Source of the DNA: Macrostomum lignano
Taxonomy: Eukaryota
Length of the DNA: 64,000 nucleotides
Assembly: GCA_002269645.1 (NCBI GenBank)
Contig: NIVC01003729.1
Coordinates: forward strand, 1-64,000
Reading direction: 5' to 3'
The notes below the pieces were generated by a model. That model was not told the origin of the DNA and made no database searches. It was given only the letters and a program-made list of their open reading frames with translations. A program made the position numbers and the translations under genes. Position 1 is the first letter of the stretch. Each line of letters begins with the position of its first letter. Positions 27,001-39,000 of the stretch are shown piece by piece.

Positions 27001-30000
27001 TGCAGGTGTCTGTAGAGTGTTTAACTGCAGGTGTCTGTAGAGTGCTTAACTGCAGGTGTCTGTAGAGTGTTTAACTGCCTGTCAGAGTGCTTATCTACAA
27101 AGAGTCCGTAGAGTGCTTAACTGCAGGTGTCTGTAGAGTGTTTAACTGCAGGTGTCTGTAGAGTGTTTAACTGCAGGTGTCTGTAGAGTGCTTAACTGCA
27201 GGTGTCTGTAGAGTGCTTAACTGCAGGTGTCTGTAGAGTGTTTAACTGCAGGTGTCTGTAGAGTGCTTAACTGCAGGTGTCTGTAGAGTGCTTAACTGCA
27301 GGTGTCTGTAGAGTGTTTAACTGCAGGTGTCTGTAGAGTGCTTAACTACTGGTGTCTGTAGAGTGCTTAACTGCAGGTGTCTGTAGAGTGTTTAACTGCA
27401 GGTGTCTGTAGAGTGCTTAACTGCAGGTGTCTGTAGAGTGCTTAACTGCAGGTGTCTGTAGAGTGTTAACTGCAGGTGTCTGTAGAGTGCTTAACTGCAG
27501 GTGTCTGTAGAGTGCTTAACTGCAGTGTCTGTAGAGTGCTTAACTGCAGTGTCTGTAGAGTGTTAACTGCAGGTGTCTGTAGAGTGTTTAACTGCCTGTC
27601 AGAGTGCTTATCTACAAAGAGTCCGTAGAGTGCTTAACTGCAGGTGTCTGTAGAGTGTTTAACTGCAGGTGTCTGTAGAGTGCTTAACTGCAGGTGTCTG
27701 TAGAGTGCTTAACTGCAGGTGTCTGTAGAGTGTTTAACTGCCTGTCAGAGTGCTTATCTACAAAGAGTCCGTAGAGTGCTTAACTGCAGGTGTCTGTAGA
27801 GTGTTTAACTGCAGGTGTCTGTAGAGTGCTTAACTACAGGTGTCTGTAGAGTGCTTAACTGCAGGTGTCTGTAGAGTGTTTAACTGCAGGTGTCTGTAGA
27901 GTGCTTAACTACAGGTGTCTGTAGAGTGCTTAACTGCAGGTGTCTGTAGAGTGTTTAACTGCAGGTGTCTGTAGAGTGCTTAACTGCAGGTGTCTGTAGA
28001 GTGCTTAACTGCAGGTGTCTGTAGAGTGTTAACTGCAGGTGTCTGTAGAGTGCTTAACTGCAGGTGTCTGTAGAGTGCTTAACTGCAGTGTCTGTAGAGT
28101 GCTTAACTGCAGGTGTCTGTAGAGTGTTAACTGCAGTGTCTGTAGAGTGTTTAACTGCCTGTCAGAGTGCTTATCTACAAAGAGTCCGTAGAGTGCTTAA
28201 CTGCAGGTGTCTGTAGAGTGTTTAACTGCAGGTGTCTGTAGAGTGTTTAACTGCAGGTGTCTGTAGAGTGCTTAACTGCAGGTGTCTGTAGAGTGTTTAA
28301 CTGCCTGTCAGAGTGCTTATCTAAGAGTCTAGAGTGCTTAACTGCAGGTGTCTGTAGAGTGTTTAACTGCAGGTGTCTGTAGAGTGCTTAACTACAGGTG
28401 TCTGTAGAGTGCTTAACTGCAGTGTCTGTAGAGTGTTTAACTGCAGGTGTCTGTAGAGTGTTAACTGCAGGTGTCTGTAGAGTGCTTAACTGCAGGTGTC
28501 TGTAGAGTGCTTAACTGCAGGTGTCTGTAGAGTTTAACTGCAGGTGTCTGTAGAGTGCTTAACTGCAGGTGTCTGTAGAGTGCTTAACTGCAGTGTCTGT
28601 AGAGTGCTTAACTGCAGGTGTCTGTAGAGTGCTTAACTGCAGTGTCTGTAGAGTGCTTAACTGCAGGTGTCTGTAGAGTGCTTAACTGCAGGTGTCTGTA
28701 GAGTGTTTAACTGCAGTGTCTGTAGAGTGTTTAACTGCAGGTGTCTGTAGAGTGCTTAACTGCAGGTGTCTGTAGAGTGCTTAACTGCAGTGTCTGTAGA
28801 GTGTTTAACTGCAGGTGTCTGTAGAGTGCTTAACTGCAGGTGTCTGTAGAGTGCTTAACTGCAGGTGTCTGTAGAGTGCTTAACTGCAGGTGTCTGTAGA
28901 GTTTAACTGCAGGTGTCTGTAGAGTGCTTAACTGCAGGTGTCTGTAGAGTGCTTAACTGCAGGTGTCTGTAGAGTGCTTAACTGCAGGTGTCTGTAGAGT
29001 GTTTAACTGCAGGTGTCTGTAGAGTGTTAACTGCAGGTGTCTGTAGAGTGCTTAACTGCAGGTGTCTGTAGAGTGCTTAACTGCAGGTGTCTGTAGAGTG
29101 CTTAACTGCAGGTGTCTGTAGAGTGCTTAACTGCAGGTGTCTGTAGAGTGTTAACTGCAGGTGTCTGTAGAGTGTTTAACTGCAGGTGTCTGTAGAGTGC
29201 TTAACTGCAGGTGTCTGTAGAGTGCTTAACTGCAGGTGTCTGTAGAGTGCTTAACTGCAGGTGTCTGTAGAGTGTTTAACTGCAGGTGTCTGTAGAGTGC
29301 TTAACTGCAGGTGTCTGTAGAGTGCTTAACTGCAGGTGTCTGTAGAGTGCTTAACTGCAGGTGTCTGTAGAGTGCTTAACTGCAGGTGTCTGTAGAGTGC
29401 TTAACTGCAGGTGTCTGTAGAGTGTTAACTGCAGGTGTCTGTAGAGTGCTTAACTGCAGGTGTCTGTAGAGTGCTTAACTGCAGGTGTCTGTAGAGTGCT
29501 TAACTGCAGGTGTCTGTAGAGTGTTTAACTGCAGGTGTCTGTAGAGTGTTTAACTGCAGGTGTCTGTAGAGTGCTTAACTGCAGGTGTCTGTAGAGTGCT
29601 TAACTGCAGGTGTCTGTAGAGTGTTTAACTGCAGGTGTCTGTAGAGTGTTTAACTGCAGGTGTCTGTAGAGTGCTTAACTGCAGGTGTCTGTAGAGTGCT
29701 TAACTGCAGGTGTCTGTAGAGTGCTTAACTGCAGGTGTCTGTAGAGTGTTTAACTGCAGGTGTCTGTAGAGTGCTTAACTGCAGGTGTCTGTAGAGTGCT
29801 TAACTGCAGGTGTCTGTAGAGTGCTTAACTGCAGGTGTCTGTAGAGTGCTTAACTGCAGGTGTCTGTAGAGTGCTTAACTGCAGGTGTCTGTAGAGTGTT
29901 TAACTGCAGGTGTCTGTAGAGTGCTTAACTGCAGGTGTCTGTAGAGTGCTTAACTGCAGGTGTCTGTAGAGTGCTTAACTGCAGGTGTCTGTAGAGTGCT

Positions 30001-33000
30001 TAACTGCAGGTGTCTGTAGAGTGCTTAACTGCAGGTGTCTGTAGAGTGCTTAACTGCAGGTGTCTGTAGAGTGTTTAACTGCAGGTGTCTGTAGAGTGTT
30101 TAACTGCAGGTGTCTGTAGAGTGCTTAACTGCAGGTGTCTGTAGAGTGCTTAACTGCAGGTGTCTGTAGAGTGTTTAACTGCAGGTGTCTGTAGAGTGCT
30201 TAACTGCAGGTGTCTGTAGAGTGCTTAACTGCAGGTGTCTGTAGAGTGCTTAACTGCAGGTGTCTGTAGAGTGCTTAACTGCAGGTGTCTGTAGAGTGCT
30301 TAACTGCAGGTGTCTGTAGAGTGCTTAACTGCAGGTGTCTGTAGAGTGCTTAACTGCAGGTGTCTGTAGAGTGCTTAACTGCAGGTGTCTGTAGAGTGTT
30401 TCACTGCATGTGTCTGTAGAGTGTTTAACTACAGGTGTCTGTAGAGTGCTTAACTGCAGGTGTCTGTAGAGTGCTTAACTGCAGGTGTCTGTAGAGTGTT
30501 AACTGCAGGTGTCTGTAGAGTGCTTAACTGCAGGTGTCTGTAGAGTGCTTAACTGCAGGTGTCTGTAGAGTGTTAACTGCAGGTGTCTGTAGAGTGCTTA
30601 ACTGCAGGTGTCTGTAGAGTGCTTAACTGCAGGTGTCTGTAGAGTGTTTAACTGCAGGTGTCTGTAGAGTGCTTAACTGCAGGTGTCTGTAGAGTGCTTA
30701 ACTGCAGGTGTCTGTAGAGTGTTAACTGCAGGTGTCTGTAGAGTGCTTAACTGCAGGTGTCTGTAGAGTGCTTAACTGCAGGTGTCTGTAGAGTGCTTAA
30801 CTGCAGGTGTCTGTAGAGTGCTTAACTGCAGGTGTCTGTAGAGTGTTAACTGCAGGTGTCTGTAGAGTGCTTAACTGCAGTGTCTGTAGAGTGCTTAACT
30901 GCAGGTGTCTGTAGAGTGTTTAACTGCAGTGTCTGTAGAGTGCTTAACTACAGGTGTCTGTAGAGTGCTTAACTGCAGGTGTCTGTAGAGTGTTTAACTG
31001 CAGGTGTCTGTAGAGTGCTTAACTACAGGTGTCTGTAGAGTGCTTAACTGCAGGTGTCTGTAGAGTGTTTAACTGCAGGTGTCTGTAGAGTGCTTAACTG
31101 CAGGTGTCTGTAGAGTGCTTAACTGCAGGTGTCTGTAGAGTGTTAACTGCAGGTGTCTGTAGAGTGCTTAACTGCAGGTGTCTGTAGAGTGCTTAACTGC
31201 AGGTGTCTGTAGAGTGCTTAACTGCAGGTGTCTGTAGAGTGTTAACTGCAGGTGTCTGTAGAGTGCTTAACTGCCTGTAGAGTGCTTAACTGCAGGTCTG
31301 TAGAGTGCTTAACTGCAGGTGTCTGTAGAGTGTTTAACTGCAGGTGTCTGTAGAGTGCTTAACTGCAGGTGTCTGTAGAGTGCTTAACTGCAGGTGTCTG
31401 TAGAGTGTTTAACTGCCTGTCAGAGTGCTTATCTGAGTCTAGAGAGCTTAACTGCAGGTGTCTGTAGAGTGTTTAACTGCAGGTGTCTGTAGAGTGCTTA
31501 ACTGCAGGTGTCTGTAGAGTGCTTAACTGCAGGTGTCTGTAGAGTGTTTAACTGCAGGTGTCTGTAGAGTGCTTAACTACAGGTGTCTGTAGAGTGCTTA
31601 ACTGCAGGTGTCTGTAGAGTGTTTAACTGCAGGTGTCTGTAGAGTGCTTAACTACAGGTGTCTGTAGAGTGCTTAACTGCAGGTGTCTGTAGAGTGTTTA
31701 ACTGCAGGTGTCTGTAGAGTGCTTAACTACAGGTGTCTGTAGAGTGCTTAACTGCAGGTGTCTGTAGAGTGTTTAACTGCAGGTGTCTGTAGAGTGCTTA
31801 ACTACAGGTGTCTGTAGAGTGCTTAACTGCAGGTGTCTGTAGAGTGTTTAACTGCAGGTGTCTGTAGAGTGCTTAACTACAGGTGTCTGTAGAGTGCTTA
31901 ACTGCAGGTGTCTGTAGAGTGCTTAACTGCAGGTGTCTGTAGAGTGCTTAACTGCAGGTGTCTGTAGAGTGCTTAACTGCAGGTGTCTGTAGAGTGCTTA
32001 ACTGCAGGTGTCTGTAGAGTGCTTAACTGCAGGTGTCTGTAGAGTGCTTAACTGCAGGTGTCTGTAGAGTGCTTAACTGCAGGTGTCTGTAGAGTGCTTA
32101 ACTGCAGGTGTCTGTAGAGTGCTTAACTGCAGGTGTCTGTAGAGTGCTTAACTGCAGGTGTCTGTAGAGTGCTTAACTGCAGGTGTCTGTAGAGTGCTTA
32201 ACTGCAGGTGTCTGTAGAGTGCTTAACTGCAGGTGTCTGTAGAGTGCTTAACTGCAGGTGTCTGTAGAGTGCTTAACTGCAGGTGTCTGTAGAGTGCTTA
32301 ACTGCAGGTGTCTGTAGAGTGCTTAACTGCAGGTGTCTGTAGAGTGCTTAACTGCAGGTGTCTGTAGAGTGCTTAACTGCAGGTGTCTGTAGAGTGTTAA
32401 CTGCAGGTGTCTGTAGAGTGCTTAACTGCAGGTGTCTGTAGAGTGCTTAACTGCTGTAGAGTGCTTAACTGCAGGTCTGTAGAGTGCTTAACTGCAGGTG
32501 TCTGTAGAGTGCTTAACTGCAGGTGTCTGTAGAGTGTTAACTGCAGAGTGTCTGTAGAGTGCTTAACTGCAGGTGTCTGTAGAGTGTTAACTGCAGGTGT
32601 CTGTAGAGTGCTTAACTGCAGGTGTCTGTAGAGTGCTTAACTGCAGGTGTCTGTAGAGTGTTTAACTGCAGGTGTCTGTAGAGTGCTTAACTACAGGTGT
32701 CTGTAGAGTGCTTAACTGCAGGTGTCTGTAGAGTGCTTAACTGCAGGTGTCTGTAGAGTGTTTAACTGCAGGTGTCTGTAGAGTGCTTAACTGCAGGTGT
32801 CTGTAGAGTGCTTAACTGCAGGTGTCTGTAGAGTGTTTAACTGCAGGTGTCTGTAGAGTGCTTAACTGCAGGTGTCTGTAGAGTGCTTAACTGCAGGTGT
32901 CTGTAGAGTGTTAACTGCAGGTGTCTGTAGAGTGCTTAACTGCAGGTGTCTGTAGAGTGCTTAACTGCAGGTGTCTGTAGAGTGTTAACTGCAGGTGTCT

Positions 33001-36000
33001 GTAGAGTGCTTAACTGCAGGTGTCTGTAGAGTGCTTAACTGCAGGTGTCTGTAGAGTGTTAACTGCAGGTGTCTGTAGAGTGCTTAACTGCAGGTGTCTG
33101 TAGAGTGCTTAACTGCAGTGTCTGTAGAGTGCTTAACTGCAGGTGTCTGTAGAGTGTTTAACTGCAGGTGTCTGTAGAGTGCTTAACTGCAGGTCTGTAG
33201 AGTGCTTAACTGCAGGTGTCTGTAGAGTGTTAACTGCAGGTGTCTGTAGAGTGTTAACTGCAGGTGTCTGTAGAGTGCTTAACTGCAGGTGTCTGTAGAG
33301 TGCTTAACTGCAGGTGTCTGTAGAGTGTTAACTGCAGGTGTCTGTAGAGTGTTAACTGCAGGTGTCTGTAGAGTGCTTAACTGCAGGTGTCTGTAGAGTG
33401 TTTAACTGCAGGTGTCTGTAGAGTGCTTAACTGCAGGTGTCTGTAGAGTGCTTAACTGCAGGTGTCTGTAGAGTGTTTAACTGCAGGTGTCTGTAGAGTG
33501 CTTAACTACAGGTGTCTGTAGAGTGCTTAACTGCAGGTGTCTGTAGAGTGTTTAACTGCAGGTGTCTGTAGAGTGCTTAACTGCAGGTGTCTGTAGAGTG
33601 CTTAACTGCAGGTGTCTGTAGAGTGTTAACTGCAGGTGTCTGTAGAGTGTTTAACTGCCTGTCAGAGTGCTTATCTACAGGTCTGTAGAGTGCTTAACTG
33701 CAGGTGTCTGTAGAGTGTTTAACTGCAGGTGTCTGTAGAGTGCTTAACTACAGGTGTCTGTAGAGTGCTTAACTGCAGGTGTCTGTAGAGTGTTTAACTG
33801 CAGGTGTCTGTAGAGTGCTTAACTACAGGTGTCTGTAGAGTGCTTAACTGCAGGTGTCTGTAGAGTGTTTAACTGCAGGTGTCTGTAGAGTGCTTAACTA
33901 CAGGTGTCTGTAGAGTGCTTAACTGCAGGTGTCTGTAGAGTGTTTAACTGCAGGTGTCTGTAGAGTGCTTAACTGCAGGTGTCTGTAGAGTGCTTAACTG
34001 CAGGTGTCTGTAGAGTGTTTAACTGCAGGTGTCTGTAGAGTGCTTAACTACAGGTGTCTGTAGAGTGCTTAACTGCAGGTGTCTGTAGAGTGTTTAACTG
34101 CAGGTGTCTGTAGAGTGCTTAACTACAGGTGTCTGTAGAGTGCTTAACTGCAGGTGTCTGTAGAGTGTTTAACTGCAGGTGTCTGTAGAGTGCTTAACTA
34201 CAGGTGTCTGTAGAGTGCTTAACTGCAGGTGTCTGTAGAGTGTTAACTGCAGGTGTCTGTAGAGTGCTTAACTGCAGGTGTCTGTAGAGTGCTTAACTGC
34301 AGGTGTCTGTAGAGTGTTAACTGCAGGTGTCTGTAGAGTGCTTAACTGCAGGTGTCTGTAGAGTGCTTAACTGCAGTGTCTGTAGAGTGCTTAACTGCAG
34401 TGTCTGTAGAGTGCTTAACTGCAGGTGTCTGTAGAGTGTTTAACTGCCTGTCAGAGTGCTTATCTACAGTCGTAGAGTGCTTAACTGCAGGTGTCTGTAG
34501 AGTGTTTAACTGCAGGTGTCTGTAGAGTGTTTAACTGCAGGTGTCTGTAGAGTGCTTAACTGCAGGTGTCTGTAGAGTGTTTAACTGCAGGTGTCTGTAG
34601 AGTGCTTAACTGCAGGTGTCTGTAGAGTGCTTAACTGCAGGTGTCTGTAGAGTGTTTAACTGCAGGTGTCTGTAGAGTGCTTAACTGCAGGTGTCTGTAG
34701 AGTGTTTAACTGCAGGTGTCTGTAGAGTGCTTAACTGCAGGTGTCTGTAGAGTGCTTAACTGCAGGTGTCTGTAGAGTGTTTAACTGCAGGTGTCTGTAG
34801 AGTGCTTAACTGCAGGTGTCTGTAGAGTGCTTAACTGCAGGTGTCTGTAGAGTGTTTAACTGCTGTCAGAGTGCTTATCTACAGAGTCTGTAGAGTGCTT
34901 AACTGCAGGTGTCTGTAGAGTGTTTAACTGCAGGTGTCTGTAGAGTGCTTAACTACAGGTGTCTGTAGAGTGCTTAACTGCAGGTGTCTGTAGAGTGTTT
35001 AACTGCAGGTGTCTGTAGAGTGTTTAACTGCAGGTGTCTGTAGAGTGCTTAACTGCAGGTGTCTGTAGAGTGCTTAACTGCAGGTGTCTGTAGAGTGTTT
35101 AACTGCTGTCAGAGTGCTTATCTACAAAGAGTCCGTAGAGTGCTTAACTGCAGGTGTCTGTAGAGTGTTTAACTGCAGGTGTCTGTAGAGTGCTTAACTA
35201 CAGGTGTCTGTAGAGTGCTTAACTGCAGGTGTCTGTAGAGTGTTTAACTGCAGGTGTCTGTAGAGTGCTTAACTACAGGTGTCTGTAGAGTGCTTAACTG
35301 CAGGTGTCTGTAGAGTGTTTAACTGCAGGTGTCTGTAGAGTGCTTAACTGCAGGTGTCTGTAGAGTGCTTAACTGCAGGTGTCTGTAGAGTGTTTAACTG
35401 CAGGTGTCTGTAGAGTGTTTAACTGCAGGTGTCTGTAGAGTGCTTAACTGCAGGTGTCTGTAGAGTGCTTAACTGCAGGTGTCTGTAGAGTGTTTCACTG
35501 CATGTGTCTGTAGAGTGTTTAACTACAGGTGTCTGTAGAGTGTTAACTGCTGTCAGAGTGCTTATCTACAAAGAGTCCGTAGAGTGCTTAACTGCAGGTG
35601 TCTGTAGAGTGCTTAACTGCAGGTGTCTGTAGAGTGCTTAACTGCAGGTGTCTGTAGAGTTTAACTGCAGGTGTCTGTAGAGTTTAACTGCAGGTGTCTG
35701 TAGAGTTTAACTGCAGGTGTCTGTAGAGTGCTTAACTGCAGGTGTCTGTAGAGTGCTTAACTGCAGGTGTCTGTAGAGTGCTTAACTACAGGTGTCTGTA
35801 GAGTGCTTAACTGCCTGTCAGAGTGCTTATCTACAAAGAGTCCGTAGAGTGCTTAACTGCAGGTGTCTGTAGAGTGTTTAACTGCAGGTGTCTGTAGAGT
35901 GCTTAACTGCAGGTGTCTGTAGAGTGCTTAACTGCAGGTGTCTGTAGAGTGCTTAACTGCAGGTGTCTGTAGAGTGCTTAACTGCAGGTGTCTGTAGAGT

Positions 36001-39000
36001 GCTTAACTGCAGGTGTCTGTAGAGTGCTTAACTGCAGGTGTCTGTAGAGTGCTTAACTGCAGTGTCTGTAGAGTGCTTAACTGCAGGTGTCTGTAGAGTG
36101 CTTAACTGCAGGTGTCTGTAGAGTGCTTAACTGCAGGTGTCTGTAGAGTGCTTAACTGCAGGTGTCTGTAGAGTGCTTAACTGCAGGTGTCTGTAGAGTT
36201 TAACTGCAGGTGTCTGTAGAGTGCTTAACTGCAGGTGTCTGTAGAGTGTTAACTGCAGTGTCTGTAGAGTGCTTAACTGCAGGTGTCTGTAGAGTGTTTA
36301 ACTGCAGGTGTCTGTAGAGTGCTTAACTGCAGGTGTCTGTAGAGTGCTTAACTGCAGGTGTCTGTAGAGTGCTTAACTGCAGGTGTCTGTAGAGTGCTTA
36401 ACTGCAGGTGTCTGTAGAGTGCTTAACTGCAGGTGTCTGTAGAGTGTTTAACTGCAGGTGTCTGTAGAGTGCTTAACTGCAGGTGTCTGTAGAGTGCTTA
36501 ACTGCAGGTGTCTGTAGAGTGCTTAACTGCAGGTGTCTGTAGAGTGTTTAACTGCAGGTGTCTGTAGAGTGCTTAACTGCAGGTGTCTGTAGAGTGCTTA
36601 ACTGCCTGTCAGAGTGCTTATCTACAAAGAGTCCGTAGAGTGCTTAACTGCAGGTGTCTGTAGAGTGCTTAACTGCAGGTGTCTGTAGAGTTTAACTGCA
36701 GGTGTCTGTAGAGTGCTTAACTGCAGGTGTCTGTAGAGTTTAACTGCAGGTGTCTGTAGAGTGCTTAACTGCAGGTGTCTGTAGAGTGCTTAACTGCAAG
36801 TGTCTGTAGAGTGCTTAACTACAGGTGTCTGTAGAGTGCTTAACTGCCTGTCAGAGTGCTTATCTACAAAGAGTCCGTAGAGTGCTTAACTGCAGGTGTC
36901 TGTAGAGTGTTTAACTGCAGGTGTCTGTAGAGTGCTTAACTGCAGGTGTCTGTAGAGTGTTTAACTGCAGGTGTCTGTAGAGTTTAACTGCAGGTGTCTG
37001 TAGAGTGCTTAACTGCAGGTGTCTGTAGAGTGCTTAACTGCAGTGTCTGTAGAGTGCTTAACTGCAGGTGTCTGTAGAGTGCTTAACTGCAAGTGTCTGT
37101 AGAGTGCTTAACTGCAGGTGTCTGTAGAGTGCTTAACTGCAGGTGTCTGTAGAGTGTTTAACTGCATGTGTCTGTAGAGTGTTAACTGCAGGTGTCTGTA
37201 GAGTGCTTAACTGCAGGTGTCTGTAGAGTGTTAACTGCAGGTGTCTGTAGAGTGTTTAACTGCAGGTGTCTGTAGAGTGTTTAACTGCAGGTGTCTGTAG
37301 AGTGCTTAACTGCAGGTGTCTGTAGAGTGCTTAACTGCAGGTGTCTGTAGAGTTTAACTGCAGGTGTCTGTAGAGTGCTTAACTGCAGGTGTCTGTAGAG
37401 TGCTTAACTGCAGTGTCTGTAGAGTGCTTAACTGCAGGTGTCTGTAGAGTGTTTAACTGCAGTGTCTGTAGAGTGTTTAACTGCAGGTGTCTGTAGAGTG
37501 TTTAACTGCAGGTGTCTGTAGAGTGCTTAACTGCAGGTGTCTGTAGAGTGTTAACTGCAGTGTCTGTAGAGTGTTTAACTGCAGGTGTCTGTAGAGTGCT
37601 TAACTGCAGGTGTCTGTAGAGTGCTTAACTGCAGGTGTCTGTAGAGTGCTTAACTGCAGGTGTCTGTAGAGTGTTTAACTGCAGGTGTCTGTAGAGTGCT
37701 TAACTGCAGGTGTCTGTAGAGTGCTTAACTGCAGGTGTCTGTAGAGTGCTCAACTGCAGGTGTCTGTAGAGTGCTTAACTGCAGGTGTCTGTAGAGTGCT
37801 TAACTGCAGGTGTCTGTAGAGTGTTTAACTGCAGGTGTCTGTAGAGTGCTTAACTGCAGGTGTCTGTAGAGTGCTTAACTGCAGGTGTCTGTAGAGTGCT
37901 TAACTGCAGTGTCTGTAGAGTGTTTAACTGCAAGTGTCTGTAGAGTGTTTAACTGCAGGTGTCTGTAGAGTGCTTAACTGCAGGTGTCTGTAGAGTGCTT
38001 AACTGCAGGTGTCTGTAGAGTGTTTCACTGCATGTGTCTGTAGAGTGTTTAACTACAGGTGTCTGTAGAGTGCTTAACTACAGGTGTCTGTAGAGTGCTT
38101 AACTGCAGGTGTCTGTAGAGTGCTCAACTGCAGGTGTCTGTAGAGTGTTTAACTGCAGGTGTCTGTAGAGTGCTTAACTGCAGGTGTCTGTAGAGTGCTC
38201 AACTGCAGGTGTCTGTAGAGTGCTCAACTGCAGGTGTCTGTAGAGTGCTTAACTGCAGGTGTCTGTAGAGTTCTCAACTGCAGGTGTCTGTAGAGTGCTT
38301 AACTGCAGGTGTCTGTAGAGTGCTTAACTGCAGGTGTCTGTAGAGTGCTTAACTGCAGGTGTCTGTAGAGTGCTTAACTACAGGTGTCTGTAGAGTGCTT
38401 AACTGCAGGTGTCTGTAGAGTGCTTAACTACAGGTGTCTGTAGAGTGCTTAACTGCAGGTGTCTGTAGAGTGTTTAACTGCAGGTGTCTGTAGAGTGTTT
38501 AACTGCAGGTGTCTGTAGAGTGCTTAACTACAGGTGTCTGTAGAGTGCTTAACTGCAGGTGTCTGTAGAGTGTTTAACTGCAGGTGTCTGTAGAGTGCTT
38601 AACTACAGGTGTCTGTAGAGTGCTTAACTGCCTGTCAGAGTGCTTATCTACAAAGAGTCCGTAGAGTGCTTAACTGCAGGTGTCTGTAGAGTGCTTAACT
38701 GCAGGTGTCTGTAGAGTGTTTAACTGCAGGTGTCCGTAGAGTGCTTAACTGCAGGTGTCTGTAGAGTGTTTAACTGCCTGTCAGAGTGCTTATCTACAAA
38801 GAGTCCGTAGAGTGCTTAACTGCAGGTGACTGTAGAGTGTTTAACTGCAGGTGTCTGTAGAGTGTTTAACTACAGGTGTCTGTAGAGTGCTTAACTGCAG
38901 GTGTCTGTAGAGTGCCAGCTTAACTGCAGGTGTCTGTAGAGTGTTTAACTGCAGGTGTCTGTAGAGTGCTTAACTACAGGTGTCTGTAGAGTGCTTAACT

